Position numbers and translations under genes: made by a program. The notes under the pieces are model-generated. The model was not told where the DNA came from, searched no databases, and worked only from the letters and a program-made list of their open reading frames with translations. A DNA stretch of 64,000 bases. Origin: Candidatus Actinomarina sp. (GTDB taxonomy: Bacteria; Actinomycetota; Acidimicrobiia; Actinomarinales; Actinomarinaceae). The number at the start of each line of letters is the position of its first letter. Position 1 is the stretch's first letter. Where the stretch lies: contig JAYQJM010000005.1 in the NCBI GenBank assembly GCA_038142145.1, forward strand, positions 451,816-515,815. The letters are read 5' to 3'. Positions 9,150-19,464 of this stretch are shown piece after piece.

Positions 9150-10839
9150 CTTCTATCAATTCAATATTGTACTCAAGTAAAGTATCGGTATCTATCTCTG
9201 ATGGTGCATCAGTTAGTGGATCTTGACCTGATTGTGTTTTTGGAAACGGTATAACGTCACGAATAGAGTTTTGATTTAAAACTTCAGCTACTAACCTATC
9301 GATACCTATTGCAAATCCAGCATGTTGTGGTGTTCCATAAGATAGAGCTTCAATAAACCAACCGAATCTATTTTGTATATCTTCTTCACTTAAACCCCAT
9401 TTTTGAAGTACCAAAGTTTGTATTTCTGGATCATTTATTCTTTGTGAACCTGATCCAAGCTCAACACCATTTAGTACTAGATCGTAATGTAAAGCAATTG
9501 CATTTTCAGGTTCTTTTTTAAATTCATCAGTATTCATTGGAGATGTGAAAGGATGGTGAGACGGTTGTAAAACTCCTTCTTCTACTTCAAAGAAAGGAAA
9601 ATCTTCAACCCAAAGAAAATTATAAATATTGTCTGTCTTCTTTGTACCAACAGTTCTTCTAATAATATCCATGTAGGGTGCGATATTTTCAAGAAGTCCT
9701 GTTTGAAATAATAAAGTACCTTCTTTATATGATTTTATTTTGCTTAATTCATCATCTTTAAGAAATTTAGCTAAAGGACCGGAAACTTCATTTTCGACTT
9801 TAAACCAACCCAATCCGCCAGCACCCATTTCCTTAATTGTTGAATCTAAATCGTCTATTTCTTTTCTAGTGAGTAACTTGTTTACAAACAATCCTTTTAC
9901 AACTCCATTATTTTTTATTGAATCAGCAATAAATTTGATGTCAGTACTCTTAAAATCTTCAGTTAAATCTTCAATTACTTCATTAATTCTTAAGTCTGGT
10001 TTATCTGTACCATATTTATCTAAAGCTTCTTTAAATGAACAAACTGGAAATGGTGTATTAAGTTTTACATCATAAGCTTCCGAAAAAATGTGTTTTACAA
10101 TTTTTTCTATATTATTTTTAACTATTGTTGGATTTGCATCGCTGAATTCTAAATCTAATTGAGTAAATTCAGGTTGTCTATCTTTTCGTGAATCTTCATC
10201 TCTGTAGCATTTAGCTATTTGGTAATAATTTGGAAACCCTGACATCATAAAAAGTTGCTTATACATTTGTGGTGATTGAGGTAAAGCATAAAAATTACCT
10301 GGGGATTTTCTTGATGGAACCAAAAAATCTTTTGCTCCTTCAGGAGTAGATTTTATTAACGTAGGAGTATCAATTTCCAATATGTCTAATTTGTTCATAA
10401 CGTTTCGTATGCTTTTAAAAGTTTTAGATCGAGTTACTATGTTGATCTTCATTTGTTCTCTTCTTAAATCTAAATAACGATATTTCAATCTAATATTTTC
10501 ATCTGTTTCTATAGAATCTTCTATTTGAAAAGGCAGGACTTTGCTTTTGTTTACTACAGTCAGATCGCTAACAAGTATTTCAAATTTTCCCAAAGGAATT
10601 TTGTTGTTTTCAAGCCCTTTATCTCTTTGTTGAAACACACCATTAACAGAGATGTAATACTCATTTTTTAATGATTCGTTTATACCTGAATCTTTATCAA
10701 AAACTAATTGAATAGTGCCGAAAAAATCTCTTAAATCAATAAAAGTAAGACCACCATGGTCACGTACATTATCAATCCAACCATAAAGATCTTCTATTGA
10801 TTCACCTGAATTCAAGTTTCTTAAATTGTCTATCTTCAT
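9142..10839 (-). CDS. aspS: aspartate--tRNA ligase
   Basis: 565 aa. N-terminal OB fold, class II core (FYALPQSPQMYKQL, QIAKCYRDEDSRKDRQPEFTQLD) and GFAIGIDRL. Confidence 0.97.
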   Translation of the reverse strand: MKIDNLRNLNSGESIEDLYGWIDNVRDHGGLTFIDLRDFFGTIQLVFDKDSGINESLKNEYYISVNGVFQQRDKGLENNKIPLGKFEILVSDLTVVNKSKVLPFQIEDSIETDENIRLKYRYLDLRREQMKINIVTRSKTFKSIRNVMNKLDILEIDTPTLIKSTPEGAKDFLVPSRKSPGNFYALPQSPQMYKQLFMMSGFPNYYQIAKCYRDEDSRKDRQPEFTQLDLEFSDANPTIVKNNIEKIVKHIFSEAYDVKLNTPFPVCSFKEALDKYGTDKPDLRINEVIEDLTEDFKSTDIKFIADSIKNNGVVKGLFVNKLLTRKEIDDLDSTIKEMGAGGLGWFKVENEVSGPLAKFLKDDELSKIKSYKEGTLLFQTGLLENIAPYMDIIRRTVGTKKTDNIYNFLWVEDFPFFEVEEGVLQPSHHPFTSPMNTDEFKKEPENAIALHYDLVLNGVELGSGSQRINDPEIQTLVLQKWGLSEEDIQNRFGWFIEALSYGTPQHAGFAIGIDRLVAEVLNQNSIRDVIPFPKTQSGQDPLTDAPSEIDTDTLLEYNIELIEDE

Positions 10840-12011
10840 ATCAAATCTCTTAAAGTACCAATATTATATGGAAATGTTTCTTTCGAGTTAATTAATTTAA
10901 TTGTTCGCTCATTACAATTTATAACGATATCTGATTTGTTATTAACAGCATTTCTGTATTGAGTGTTTTCTTTACTAATTCTTACAGGAAGAATGTGATT
11001 TATATTATTGTTAATAAGTTCAGATGATATTTCATCTATAGTTCCAACAGTTGATCCAATTAAAGAGATTTTAGTCTCTTTACCGGGATTATTACCTACC
11101 AGACTCATAAGTCTATCAACTCCAAAAGCTACTCCAACACCTTCAGAATTTCCTAACTTTAATATTTGAGAGAGTTTGTCATAACGACCCCCACCACCGA
11201 CTGCTAAGCCATTTACTTTAAACTCAAAAGTTAAATCATTGTAGTAATCTAGCCCTCTTACTAAATTTGAATCTTCTTTGTACTGAACGCCTAGTGAATC
11301 TAATTCTTTTTTTATCTGTAAATAATTATTTGCAGAGTCGTCACTCAAATAGCCCAAAATAGAAGGAGCTTTATTTATTACATCTTTATCTTCAGGATTA
11401 TTTGAATCTAATACACGTAATGTGTTGTTTTCTAACTTATCTTGACTATCTTTTGAAAGGTTTTCTTTATTTGCTATTAAATAGTCTAATAATTCTGATA
11501 CATATTTTGACCTGTCATCAATCGTACCGATAGAATTTATGTGAAGATCGGCTTTAATCCCTAAACTATTTAAAAATCGAATAGATGACTGTATTATTTG
11601 TAAGTCTGAAAAAATGTCTATTGTACCTATTATTTCAGCACCTGCTTGGTGAAACTCTCTATATCTGTTCTTTTGTGGATTCTCATATCTATACATTTTG
11701 CCGAAATATGAATATTTTTTTGAGTCATTTTTATAGAACTCATTATGAAACCTAACAACACTAGCAGTACCTTCTGGCCTAAGAACTAATTCACGGTCAC
11801 CTTTATCTATAAATTCATACATTTGTTTAGTTACTATTTCCGAAGATTCACCAATTGATTTTGTAAATAATTCTTTATGTTCAATTATTGGGAGTTCCGT
11901 ATATTCATAACCGAATGAATTAAATGTATTAAGAAATGAATTAAGTATAAACAAATATACTTGCGCATCTTCACTGTGTATATTGCGTGTCCCTTTTACT
12001 TGTTCAATCAT
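10836..12011 (-). CDS. hisS: histidine--tRNA ligase
   Basis: 391 aa. MYRYENPQKNRYREFHQAGAEIIG HisRS motif 2, plus a GGGGRYD motif 3 region. Confidence 0.93.
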   Translation of the reverse strand: MIEQVKGTRNIHSEDAQVYLFILNSFLNTFNSFGYEYTELPIIEHKELFTKSIGESSEIVTKQMYEFIDKGDRELVLRPEGTASVVRFHNEFYKNDSKKYSYFGKMYRYENPQKNRYREFHQAGAEIIGTIDIFSDLQIIQSSIRFLNSLGIKADLHINSIGTIDDRSKYVSELLDYLIANKENLSKDSQDKLENNTLRVLDSNNPEDKDVINKAPSILGYLSDDSANNYLQIKKELDSLGVQYKEDSNLVRGLDYYNDLTFEFKVNGLAVGGGGRYDKLSQILKLGNSEGVGVAFGVDRLMSLVGNNPGKETKISLIGSTVGTIDEISSELINNNINHILPVRISKENTQYRNAVNNKSDIVINCNERTIKLINSKETFPYNIGTLRDLI

Positions 12012-12627
12012 TTAATAACTCTCTTAATGTAATATTACTATTCAATATCTCATTTACTTTTGAATAAGGACCATGACCAGGAAATACTGATAAATCCTTA
12101 TCAAAATTTAAAAATATGTTATTTAATGAGTCTTTCATTTCATTAATAGAACCACCTTTTAAATCAGTTCTACCAATACCATCTTTAAATACAAAATCGC
12201 CTGTAAATACAATTCCCAAATCTGGAAATTCGTAAGAAACACTTCCCTTTGTATGACCAGGATTTTTATGAATTTGTAAAAAATCAAATTCATGTTTTTC
12301 TACATCTAAAATATCACCCTTATATTCTTTTACACCTGTATCGTCACCCATAAACATTTTTATTTGTTCTTGTGGGTTTCTTGCCAAAAATTCATCATCT
12401 AAAGATAAATATTTACCGTAATTAAATTTTTCCATACCAAGAGCATGATCAAAATGACCATGGGTAATTAATGCACCCATAACTGTTAAATTTTCTTTGT
12501 TAACATAATCGAGTGCATTTTCAAGATCAGGAGGTAAATCAATAAAAATACAACGTTCATCATTGTATGGCTTTACAATATAACAATTAGATGTAGTAAA
12601 ACTTGTAAAAGTTGTAATAATGTCCAT
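12004..12627 (-). CDS. MBL-fold metallo-hydrolase (glyoxalase II-like)
   Basis: 207 aa. THGHFDH metal-binding motif. A homolog neighbours hisS in Mycobacterium. Confidence 0.85.
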   Translation of the reverse strand: MDIITTFTSFTTSNCYIVKPYNDERCIFIDLPPDLENALDYVNKENLTVMGALITHGHFDHALGMEKFNYGKYLSLDDEFLARNPQEQIKMFMGDDTGVKEYKGDILDVEKHEFDFLQIHKNPGHTKGSVSYEFPDLGIVFTGDFVFKDGIGRTDLKGGSINEMKDSLNNIFLNFDKDLSVFPGHGPYSKVNEILNSNITLRELLND

Positions 12628-14792
12628 TAGTTTTTACCTGGAAAAATTCTAGATGCTTCAAATACGCTTTCAATGTTCTTAGCATCTCTAATAATTTCTT
12701 CTAATTGTTTGTTGTCACTAATTTCAATTTGGAATAATAAACTAACAATTCTTTTACTGCTTGTAACAGATTTAGCAACCAGTATGTTTCCACCATTATC
12801 AGATATAGCAATTGTTGCATCTCGCAATAAATACGGTCTATCAATTGCTTCTATTTCTAGCCAAATTATAATTCCAGTATTTGATTCAAAAGCCCAAGAT
12901 ACATCTATAATTCTTTCACCTTTTTTAGAATCAATTTTTACATTGAGACAATCTGATCTGTGAATTGAAATACCATTAGTTATGGTCACAAATCCTAAAA
13001 TATCATCGCCTGGTACTGGAACACAACATTTAGCCATCCTTACTTGAATGTCGTCATAACCTTCAACAATAACTAGTGAAGATTTACTTTCTTGAGTTGT
13101 TTCTGCAGAATATAGATCTTCATCAGTATTAATTTCTTCTGGAAAAGCAATTTTTCTTAGTTTGTTACCAATTGAATTTATTCCTGTGTTGCCGTTGGCC
13201 AAATTCATATACAAACTTTCTATATTTGGAAGTTTTATTTCTTTTAATAGTTCATCAATTAATTGATCTTTTGAATAACTTTCTAGTATTTCATTATTTG
13301 TATCAAGCCAAGAATTTAAGATTGTTTTACCCTTTTGAATGTCTTCATTTTTTAATTGCTTCTGATACCATTGTTTTATTTTTGATCTAGCTCTTGATGT
13401 TTTTACAATATTTAACCAATCTCTACTAGGACCTTTATCTTTATCATTACTCGTAAGAATTTCAATTGTATCCCCTGTTTTTAATATTGAGCTTAAATTA
13501 GCTAATTTTCCATTTATTTTTGCACCAATTAATTTTTCACCAACTTGAGTATGAATTGCAAAAGCAAAGTCTACAGGTGTAGATCCTGAAGGAAGTGAAA
13601 TTACATCACCACTAGGTGTAAGACAAAAAACTTCATTTTCATAAAGATCTAGTTTCATATGTTGTAAAAATTCATTCGGATCTGGGTATTCATTTGATAT
13701 TGTTGAAAGCTCATTAGTCCACTTTGTTAAATCATCCGATGGTTTTTCTTTATACTTCCAATGTGCAGCTACTCCAAATTCAGCACGGTAGTGCATATCA
13801 TGAGTTCTAATTTGAATTTCCATTTTTGAGCCTGTATCAGTTAATACAGTTGTATGTAGACTTTGATACAAATTAAATTTTGGCATGGAGATAAAATCTT
13901 TAAATCTACCTAGTACAGGTTGAAAATTTGCATGTATTAATCCAAGTATTGTGTAACAATTCTTTACATCATCGGTGATAATACGAATACCAATTAAATC
14001 ATTTATTTCACCAAAAGACATGCCATTATTCACTATTTTTTTATAAATTGAGTAGTTATGCTTAGGTCTTCCATAGACTTCTGCAGAAAGTGAATTGTCA
14101 TCTAATAATGTTTTAATAATTTTGGTTGATTCATCAATTTGTTTAGATCTATTAGGATTACTTTGCTTTAGTAATTCTTTAATTTCATTATTTTGTTTAT
14201 CGTGGAGTATTTCAAAAGATGTATCTTCTAATTTATGCTTAATTGTTTGCAATCCTAGTCTGTGAGCTAAAGGAGCATAAACATACAAAGTTTCATTTGC
14301 AATTTTTTCCTGAGTCCATTTTTTATGAAATTCAATAGTTTCGATGTTATGAAGCCTGTCAGCAAGTTTTAATATCAAAACTCTTATGTCTTTGGACATT
14401 GCAATTACCATTTTTCTTATAGCATCTGCTTTTGCTTCTTCTCTTGAGTTGTATCTAATTTTGTCTAATTTCGTAACACCATCGACTAAATCAGCTACTT
14501 CTTTGCCGAATGTTTTTTTTATATCCTGATATGTTATTTCTGTGTCTTCAACTAAATCATGTAAAAGAGCTGCTTTTATTGTTTCAATATCAAAATTTAG
14601 TTCTGCAAGATATATTGCTACATGAAGCGGGTGTGTGATGTACTCTTCGCCTGATTTTCTTTTTTGACCCTGGTGTCCTTTTTTTGCATATAAAAAAGCT
14701 GTATTAATCTCTTCTTGATCTTTTTCAGAATATAAATTTAATAGCTTGTCAGACAATTCTTTTACATTCATTGCTTTAGATGCTGTAACCAT
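12627..14792 (-). CDS. relA: bifunctional (p)ppGpp synthetase/hydrolase Rel
   Basis: 721 aa. HD domain (HDLVEDT), synthetase (GRPKHNYSIYKKI), TGS (TPSGDVISLPSGSTPVDFAFAIH) and a C-terminal ACT-like region. Confidence 0.95.
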   Translation of the reverse strand: MVTASKAMNVKELSDKLLNLYSEKDQEEINTAFLYAKKGHQGQKRKSGEEYITHPLHVAIYLAELNFDIETIKAALLHDLVEDTEITYQDIKKTFGKEVADLVDGVTKLDKIRYNSREEAKADAIRKMVIAMSKDIRVLILKLADRLHNIETIEFHKKWTQEKIANETLYVYAPLAHRLGLQTIKHKLEDTSFEILHDKQNNEIKELLKQSNPNRSKQIDESTKIIKTLLDDNSLSAEVYGRPKHNYSIYKKIVNNGMSFGEINDLIGIRIITDDVKNCYTILGLIHANFQPVLGRFKDFISMPKFNLYQSLHTTVLTDTGSKMEIQIRTHDMHYRAEFGVAAHWKYKEKPSDDLTKWTNELSTISNEYPDPNEFLQHMKLDLYENEVFCLTPSGDVISLPSGSTPVDFAFAIHTQVGEKLIGAKINGKLANLSSILKTGDTIEILTSNDKDKGPSRDWLNIVKTSRARSKIKQWYQKQLKNEDIQKGKTILNSWLDTNNEILESYSKDQLIDELLKEIKLPNIESLYMNLANGNTGINSIGNKLRKIAFPEEINTDEDLYSAETTQESKSSLVIVEGYDDIQVRMAKCCVPVPGDDILGFVTITNGISIHRSDCLNVKIDSKKGERIIDVSWAFESNTGIIIWLEIEAIDRPYLLRDATIAISDNGGNILVAKSVTSSKRIVSLLFQIEISDNKQLEEIIRDAKNIESVFEASRIFPGKN

Positions 14793-14813
14793 ACTTATAT
14801 GGTAGTAAATAAT

Positions 14814-15725
14814 TTAATTTTTAATTATCTTTGACAAAAACGGAACTGTTACAAATATAGAGCTGTATGTTCCTGAAACGATACCTATCAATAATGGTAT
14901 TGCGAAATCTGATAAGTTTCCTTCAATACCTAGGTAATTACCTACAAATATAATTGAGAGAATTGGAATTGCGGATGTCAATGATGTATTAATACTCCTC
15001 ATAAGAACGTCATTAAAAGTTTTATTTAAGATTTCTGAAGTTAAGTTATCTCTTTTAAATGTTCTTTGAGAATCTTTTAATTTGTCAAAAAGAATAACGG
15101 TGTCGTACAGTGAATATCCTAAAATTGTCAACAATGCAATAATCGTTGACGGCGTAATCTCTAACCCAATTAATACATATATTGAAAAAGTAAGTAATAA
15201 ATCATGCATTAACGCGGCTAAAGCAATTAAAGAATATCTATATTCGTATCTAAATGAAATCAAAAGAGCAATTATTGATAAAAATATGATTAATGCTCGA
15301 ATTCCTTTATCAGTAATTTCAGCTCCAAAAGTTGGTCCTACTCTTTGGAATTCGATTTCATTTTTTTCTACATCAAATTTAGTTGAAAGATAATTTAATA
15401 ATTCTGATTCTTTTTCTTGTGTAGATTCAATAGCTCTAAAAATGATCGTATTGGAATTGTCAAAGGTTTGATATCTTGCAACTTTTAGTATTGTATTGTT
15501 CATTACATCATTTATATCTTCATCTGAATAATTAGCATCAAGTTGATAAGTAGTACCACCTGTAAAATCAACTGACAAATTAAGCTGTGTTAAACCAAAA
15601 ATTGAAGATAACAAAATAGCAATGAACAGAATAAATTCGATAACGAATATCTTGTAGAATTTAGATCCTAAATTTTTAAAATCTATATTTGTAGTACCTA
15701 AGAATAAATTTTTAAACATTTTCAA
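14814..15725 (-). CDS. secF: protein translocase subunit SecF
   Basis: 303 aa polytopic membrane protein in the yajC-secD-secF order. Confidence 0.9.
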   Translation of the reverse strand: MKMFKNLFLGTTNIDFKNLGSKFYKIFVIEFILFIAILLSSIFGLTQLNLSVDFTGGTTYQLDANYSDEDINDVMNNTILKVARYQTFDNSNTIIFRAIESTQEKESELLNYLSTKFDVEKNEIEFQRVGPTFGAEITDKGIRALIIFLSIIALLISFRYEYRYSLIALAALMHDLLLTFSIYVLIGLEITPSTIIALLTILGYSLYDTVILFDKLKDSQRTFKRDNLTSEILNKTFNDVLMRSINTSLTSAIPILSIIFVGNYLGIEGNLSDFAIPLLIGIVSGTYSSIFVTVPFLSKIIKN

Positions 15726-17157
15726 AATCCTTTTGTGTTAATGGAAAATAACTTCTCGGATTTGTAGATATTGAACCAAAAACTGGCACAGCGTTCCTTA
15801 TAAACAATCTTGTATAAAACAAATCAAAAACAGTAGCTATACCCAAGGTAAGTGCAAATCCTCTAATAGGTCCTATTGCCAAAATATACAAAATAACAGC
15901 AGCAATAATAGACACAAAATCAGCAACCAATATAGTGTTCCATGCCTCTGTAACAGCTTTTTCAGCAGCAAAACTAAAAGATCTTCCTATCTTTAATTCA
16001 TCTTTTAATTTTTCAAATATAACTATGTACGAATCAGCTGTAAGTCCAATTGAAACTATAACACCCGCAATACCTGCAAGTGTTAATGTGTAACCCTGGT
16101 ACTCACCGAGTAGGGCTATTACTGAATAAAACAATGCTCCAAAAGAAGCTAATCCTAAAATTGCAATAATCCCAGAGAGACGATAATAAAACAATAAAAA
16201 TATTGATACCATTACTAAACCGACCAAACCAGCTTGCAAACCTAAATTCAAAGTGTTTTCACCTAATGTTGCAGATACTTTTTGAATTGAGGATCTTTCA
16301 AACGCTACAGGTAAAGCTCCGTATCTTAAAATAACTGCTAAGTTGTTAGCAGATTCACCTTGATCAGTATTACCCATGGAGATAGCTGCTGTTCCACCAG
16401 TGATTCCTATTTCTGGATTAACGTCTAAAGCTATTCCTGGTGCGGAAATTACTTGACCATCTAATACTATTGCTAATTTTCTTTGTTCACCAAAATAAGA
16501 AGCTAATCGTTTAGTTAAATCAGTAAATTTATCTGCTGATTCATCTTTTAATACCAGTTGTACAATCCATTCATTCTGAGGGTATACAGCTAATGCGTCA
16601 TCTATATCACTACCAGTTAATTCTGCTGGACCTAAATGGTAAATTACTGGAAAACCATTGTTTAAGGAAAGTAAATAAGAATCTGTATTTGGGTTGTCAT
16701 CAATTGTTAAACCGGTCAAGTTATCTACACCTTGAGGAGCTTCGATTGTTGGGTTCTCAGGATCATCAGGATTTTCTGTAATAGTTAATGCAGGTGAATA
16801 TCCTGTTTCCAACGATGAAGCTAATACAGGTCTAAAAGTCAACAAACCTGTTGTTCCTACAGCTTCTATTGCTCTCTCTTGATCTGTTAATCCAGGTAGC
16901 TGAACTAAAACTGAATTTTCACCACTTATAGAAATTTCTGGTTCTTGAACTTCACCAATAGCAGCTATTCTTGTTCTCATAATTTCAACTGCTTGTTCTA
17001 TTAGCTCTGGATCAGTGCCTTCTTCTGCTGTTAATATAACTGAAACACCACCTTGTAAATCAAGACCCAATTTAGGTTGAATTGAATTAATAAATACATA
17101 TGTAAATAAAGCAATAGAAATCAAAGGCAGTAGAAATAGTTTGAATAAAGACTTCAT
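15712..17157 (-). CDS. secD: protein translocase subunit SecD
   Basis: 481 aa. N-terminal anchor, periplasmic domain (LGLDLQGGVSV) and a 5-TM C-terminal domain. Confidence 0.9.
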   Translation of the reverse strand: MKSLFKLFLLPLISIALFTYVFINSIQPKLGLDLQGGVSVILTAEEGTDPELIEQAVEIMRTRIAAIGEVQEPEISISGENSVLVQLPGLTDQERAIEAVGTTGLLTFRPVLASSLETGYSPALTITENPDDPENPTIEAPQGVDNLTGLTIDDNPNTDSYLLSLNNGFPVIYHLGPAELTGSDIDDALAVYPQNEWIVQLVLKDESADKFTDLTKRLASYFGEQRKLAIVLDGQVISAPGIALDVNPEIGITGGTAAISMGNTDQGESANNLAVILRYGALPVAFERSSIQKVSATLGENTLNLGLQAGLVGLVMVSIFLLFYYRLSGIIAILGLASFGALFYSVIALLGEYQGYTLTLAGIAGVIVSIGLTADSYIVIFEKLKDELKIGRSFSFAAEKAVTEAWNTILVADFVSIIAAVILYILAIGPIRGFALTLGIATVFDLFYTRLFIRNAVPVFGSISTNPRSYFPLTQKDFENV

Positions 17158-17406
17158 TTATTTGAAAGAAATATTAGATTTTAATATTTCAATTTCCCCT
17201 TTTTTAACAACTAGTGTTACACGATCATCTTTTATGTTTGTAACTCTACCAAATATGCCAGAATCAGTTATTACATCATCTCCTATTTTTAAAGCATCTA
17301 CATAATTTTTATGTTTTTTTTGTCGTCTTCTTTGAGGTATGTAAAGAACTACATAAAAGATTATAAATACAGTAATAAGTGGAAGTAACGCTAAGAAATC
17401 ATTCAT
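17158..17406 (-). CDS. yajC: preprotein translocase subunit YajC
   Basis: 82 aa. A single TM, then LKIGDDVITDSGIFGRVTNIKDDRVTL, which is YajC-like. Confidence 0.85.
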   Translation of the reverse strand: MNDFLALLPLITVFIIFYVVLYIPQRRRQKKHKNYVDALKIGDDVITDSGIFGRVTNIKDDRVTLVVKKGEIEILKSNISFK

Positions 17407-18484
17407 TTAAAAATTCCTTTTTATAATTATCAAAATCTGATTTTAATATACTTTCTTTCACTTCGTTAATAATAGTTTCTGTTTGATGTAAGTTATGCAA
17501 TGTTAGATAATACCAAGAAGATGTTGGTTCATTAACTAACAAATGTCTTAGATATGATTTAGAAAAATTCATGCATGATATGCAGCTACAATTTGCTACT
17601 AAAGGATCTAAATCATTTTTAAACTTAGCGTTTTTTAAATTAAAATATTCACCTCTATTTATTATCTTTCCATGACGAGCAATTCTTGCAGGCCAGACAC
17701 AATCAAACATATCAACGCCTAAATCAATCAACTCTATCATTCCCTTTATGTCACCTAAACCCATTACATAACGGAGCTTATTTGTGGGTAAAATTTCATT
17801 AACAAATTTAACTATCTCATTACGTTGGCTTCTTGATTCACCAATCGCTAAACCACCTATTGCATATCCATCAAAATCTAATTCAATCATATGGTTGGCA
17901 GAAATTTCTCTCAATTCTTTATGAATACCGCCCTGGACTATACCAAATAAAGACTGATTGTCGTTTTCATGTATTTCTCTTGCTTCTCTAGCCCAAGTAT
18001 TTGTTGTATTAATTGCTGATAGTTGATCAGACTTTTCTTTATTTGTATCAATTAAATGATCTAAAATCATAGCAATATCACTATTAAGAACATTTTGAAT
18101 ATCCATAGAAAGTTTTGGTGTCATTAAAAATTTTGAACCGTCATAAACATTTGTAAATTCAATACCTTCTTCACTTTGTTTATTAGGTATAGACCATCCT
18201 TGAAATCCACCAGAATCAGTAAGAATTAAATTGTTCCAATTTATGAAATCATGTAGACCACCAAATTGTTGTATTGTTTCTAAACCAGGTCTTAAATATA
18301 AGTGATATGTGTTTCCTAATAGTACAGGGAAATTTTTTAAACTTGATAATGGCAGTGACTTAATAGAACCTCTTGTCGCAACAGGCATAAATATTGGGGT
18401 GTTAAAAGATTTATTATTTATGCTTACTTCATTTACCCTTGCTTCCCCATCGGTAACAACATTTCTAAATTCTATAGTGTTCAT
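17399..18484 (-). CDS. tgt: queuine/preQ1 tRNA-ribosyltransferase
   Basis: 361 aa. TDSGGFQ, MFDCVWPARIARHG and zinc site CSCISCMNFSKSYLRHL. Confidence 0.95.
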   Translation of the reverse strand: MNTIEFRNVVTDGEARVNEVSINNKSFNTPIFMPVATRGSIKSLPLSSLKNFPVLLGNTYHLYLRPGLETIQQFGGLHDFINWNNLILTDSGGFQGWSIPNKQSEEGIEFTNVYDGSKFLMTPKLSMDIQNVLNSDIAMILDHLIDTNKEKSDQLSAINTTNTWAREAREIHENDNQSLFGIVQGGIHKELREISANHMIELDFDGYAIGGLAIGESRSQRNEIVKFVNEILPTNKLRYVMGLGDIKGMIELIDLGVDMFDCVWPARIARHGKIINRGEYFNLKNAKFKNDLDPLVANCSCISCMNFSKSYLRHLLVNEPTSSWYYLTLHNLHQTETIINEVKESILKSDFDNYKKEFLNE

Positions 18485-19461
18485 TTATATTCAAATAATA
18501 CAGCATCCCCAAAACTTAAAAATTTTAATTTATTTTTAAGAGCATATTCATATAGTTCTTTCCAATGCTCACCATATACATTTTCAACTATTGACAACAA
18601 GGAACTCATAGGTGCATGAAAATTTGTAATTAAATAATCTGGAATGTTAATTTTTGTGTCGGGTTTTATAAATAAATCTGTAACTCCATTTATATTATTT
18701 GTTCTGTACGCAGTTTCAATTGCTCTGAGTGAAGTTGTTCCAACGCAATATATAGGTTTACCTTTATTTTTAAAATCTATAATTTTATTGAAATCATCTG
18801 ATGTAATACTGTAAGTTTCTGAATGAATATTATGTTCATCTAAATTAGATGACTTCATAGGTTTAAAGGTGTCTATATTTACATCTAAATTTACAAATGC
18901 AAAATCATTTGATTGTTCCAATTTATTGATTAATTTATTTGAAAAATGTAATCCAGCAGTAGGTGAAGCGACTGAAAAACCATCATCAGAAAACTCATTA
19001 TTATATTTTTTTCTCTTTTCAGGATCATCTTTAATATATGGGGGTAATGGAAGAATGCCATATTTTTTAATTAAATCATTCACATTTACATCAAATTTAC
19101 AAGTAAAAGAGTCTTCATCTTTCTGTAGTATTCGAAAGTTAAAATATGTTGTTTTATATAATTTATCAATATTTTTTCTATCTGACGATTTAATTAAACA
19201 TACTGCTGTGTAATCATCAATAATTTTTAATATAAATATTTCTAGTTTTCCACCTGTTAACTTAGATGTGAGTATTCGTACTTTTTTAACTTTTGATTTG
19301 TTAAGAATAAATAAAGAATTTGTCTGTACTAATTCAGGCAAGTCACTAAATGAAAAAATTTCCCTTGTATTTGCGTTTAAAAGTTTTGAATCTTCAGGGT
19401 TTTCATATGGAAATTGATTTATTGCATTTGAAGGTAACGTGTAATCAAAACGATCACTCAT
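18481..19461 (-). CDS. queA: S-adenosylmethionine:tRNA ribosyltransferase-isomerase
   Basis: 326 aa. LPLPPYIK, PTAGLHF and VGTTSLRAIE motifs. Confidence 0.9.
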   Translation of the reverse strand: MSDRFDYTLPSNAINQFPYENPEDSKLLNANTREIFSFSDLPELVQTNSLFILNKSKVKKVRILTSKLTGGKLEIFILKIIDDYTAVCLIKSSDRKNIDKLYKTTYFNFRILQKDEDSFTCKFDVNVNDLIKKYGILPLPPYIKDDPEKRKKYNNEFSDDGFSVASPTAGLHFSNKLINKLEQSNDFAFVNLDVNIDTFKPMKSSNLDEHNIHSETYSITSDDFNKIIDFKNKGKPIYCVGTTSLRAIETAYRTNNINGVTDLFIKPDTKINIPDYLITNFHAPMSSLLSIVENVYGEHWKELYEYALKNKLKFLSFGDAVLFEYK

Positions 19462-19464
19462 AAG

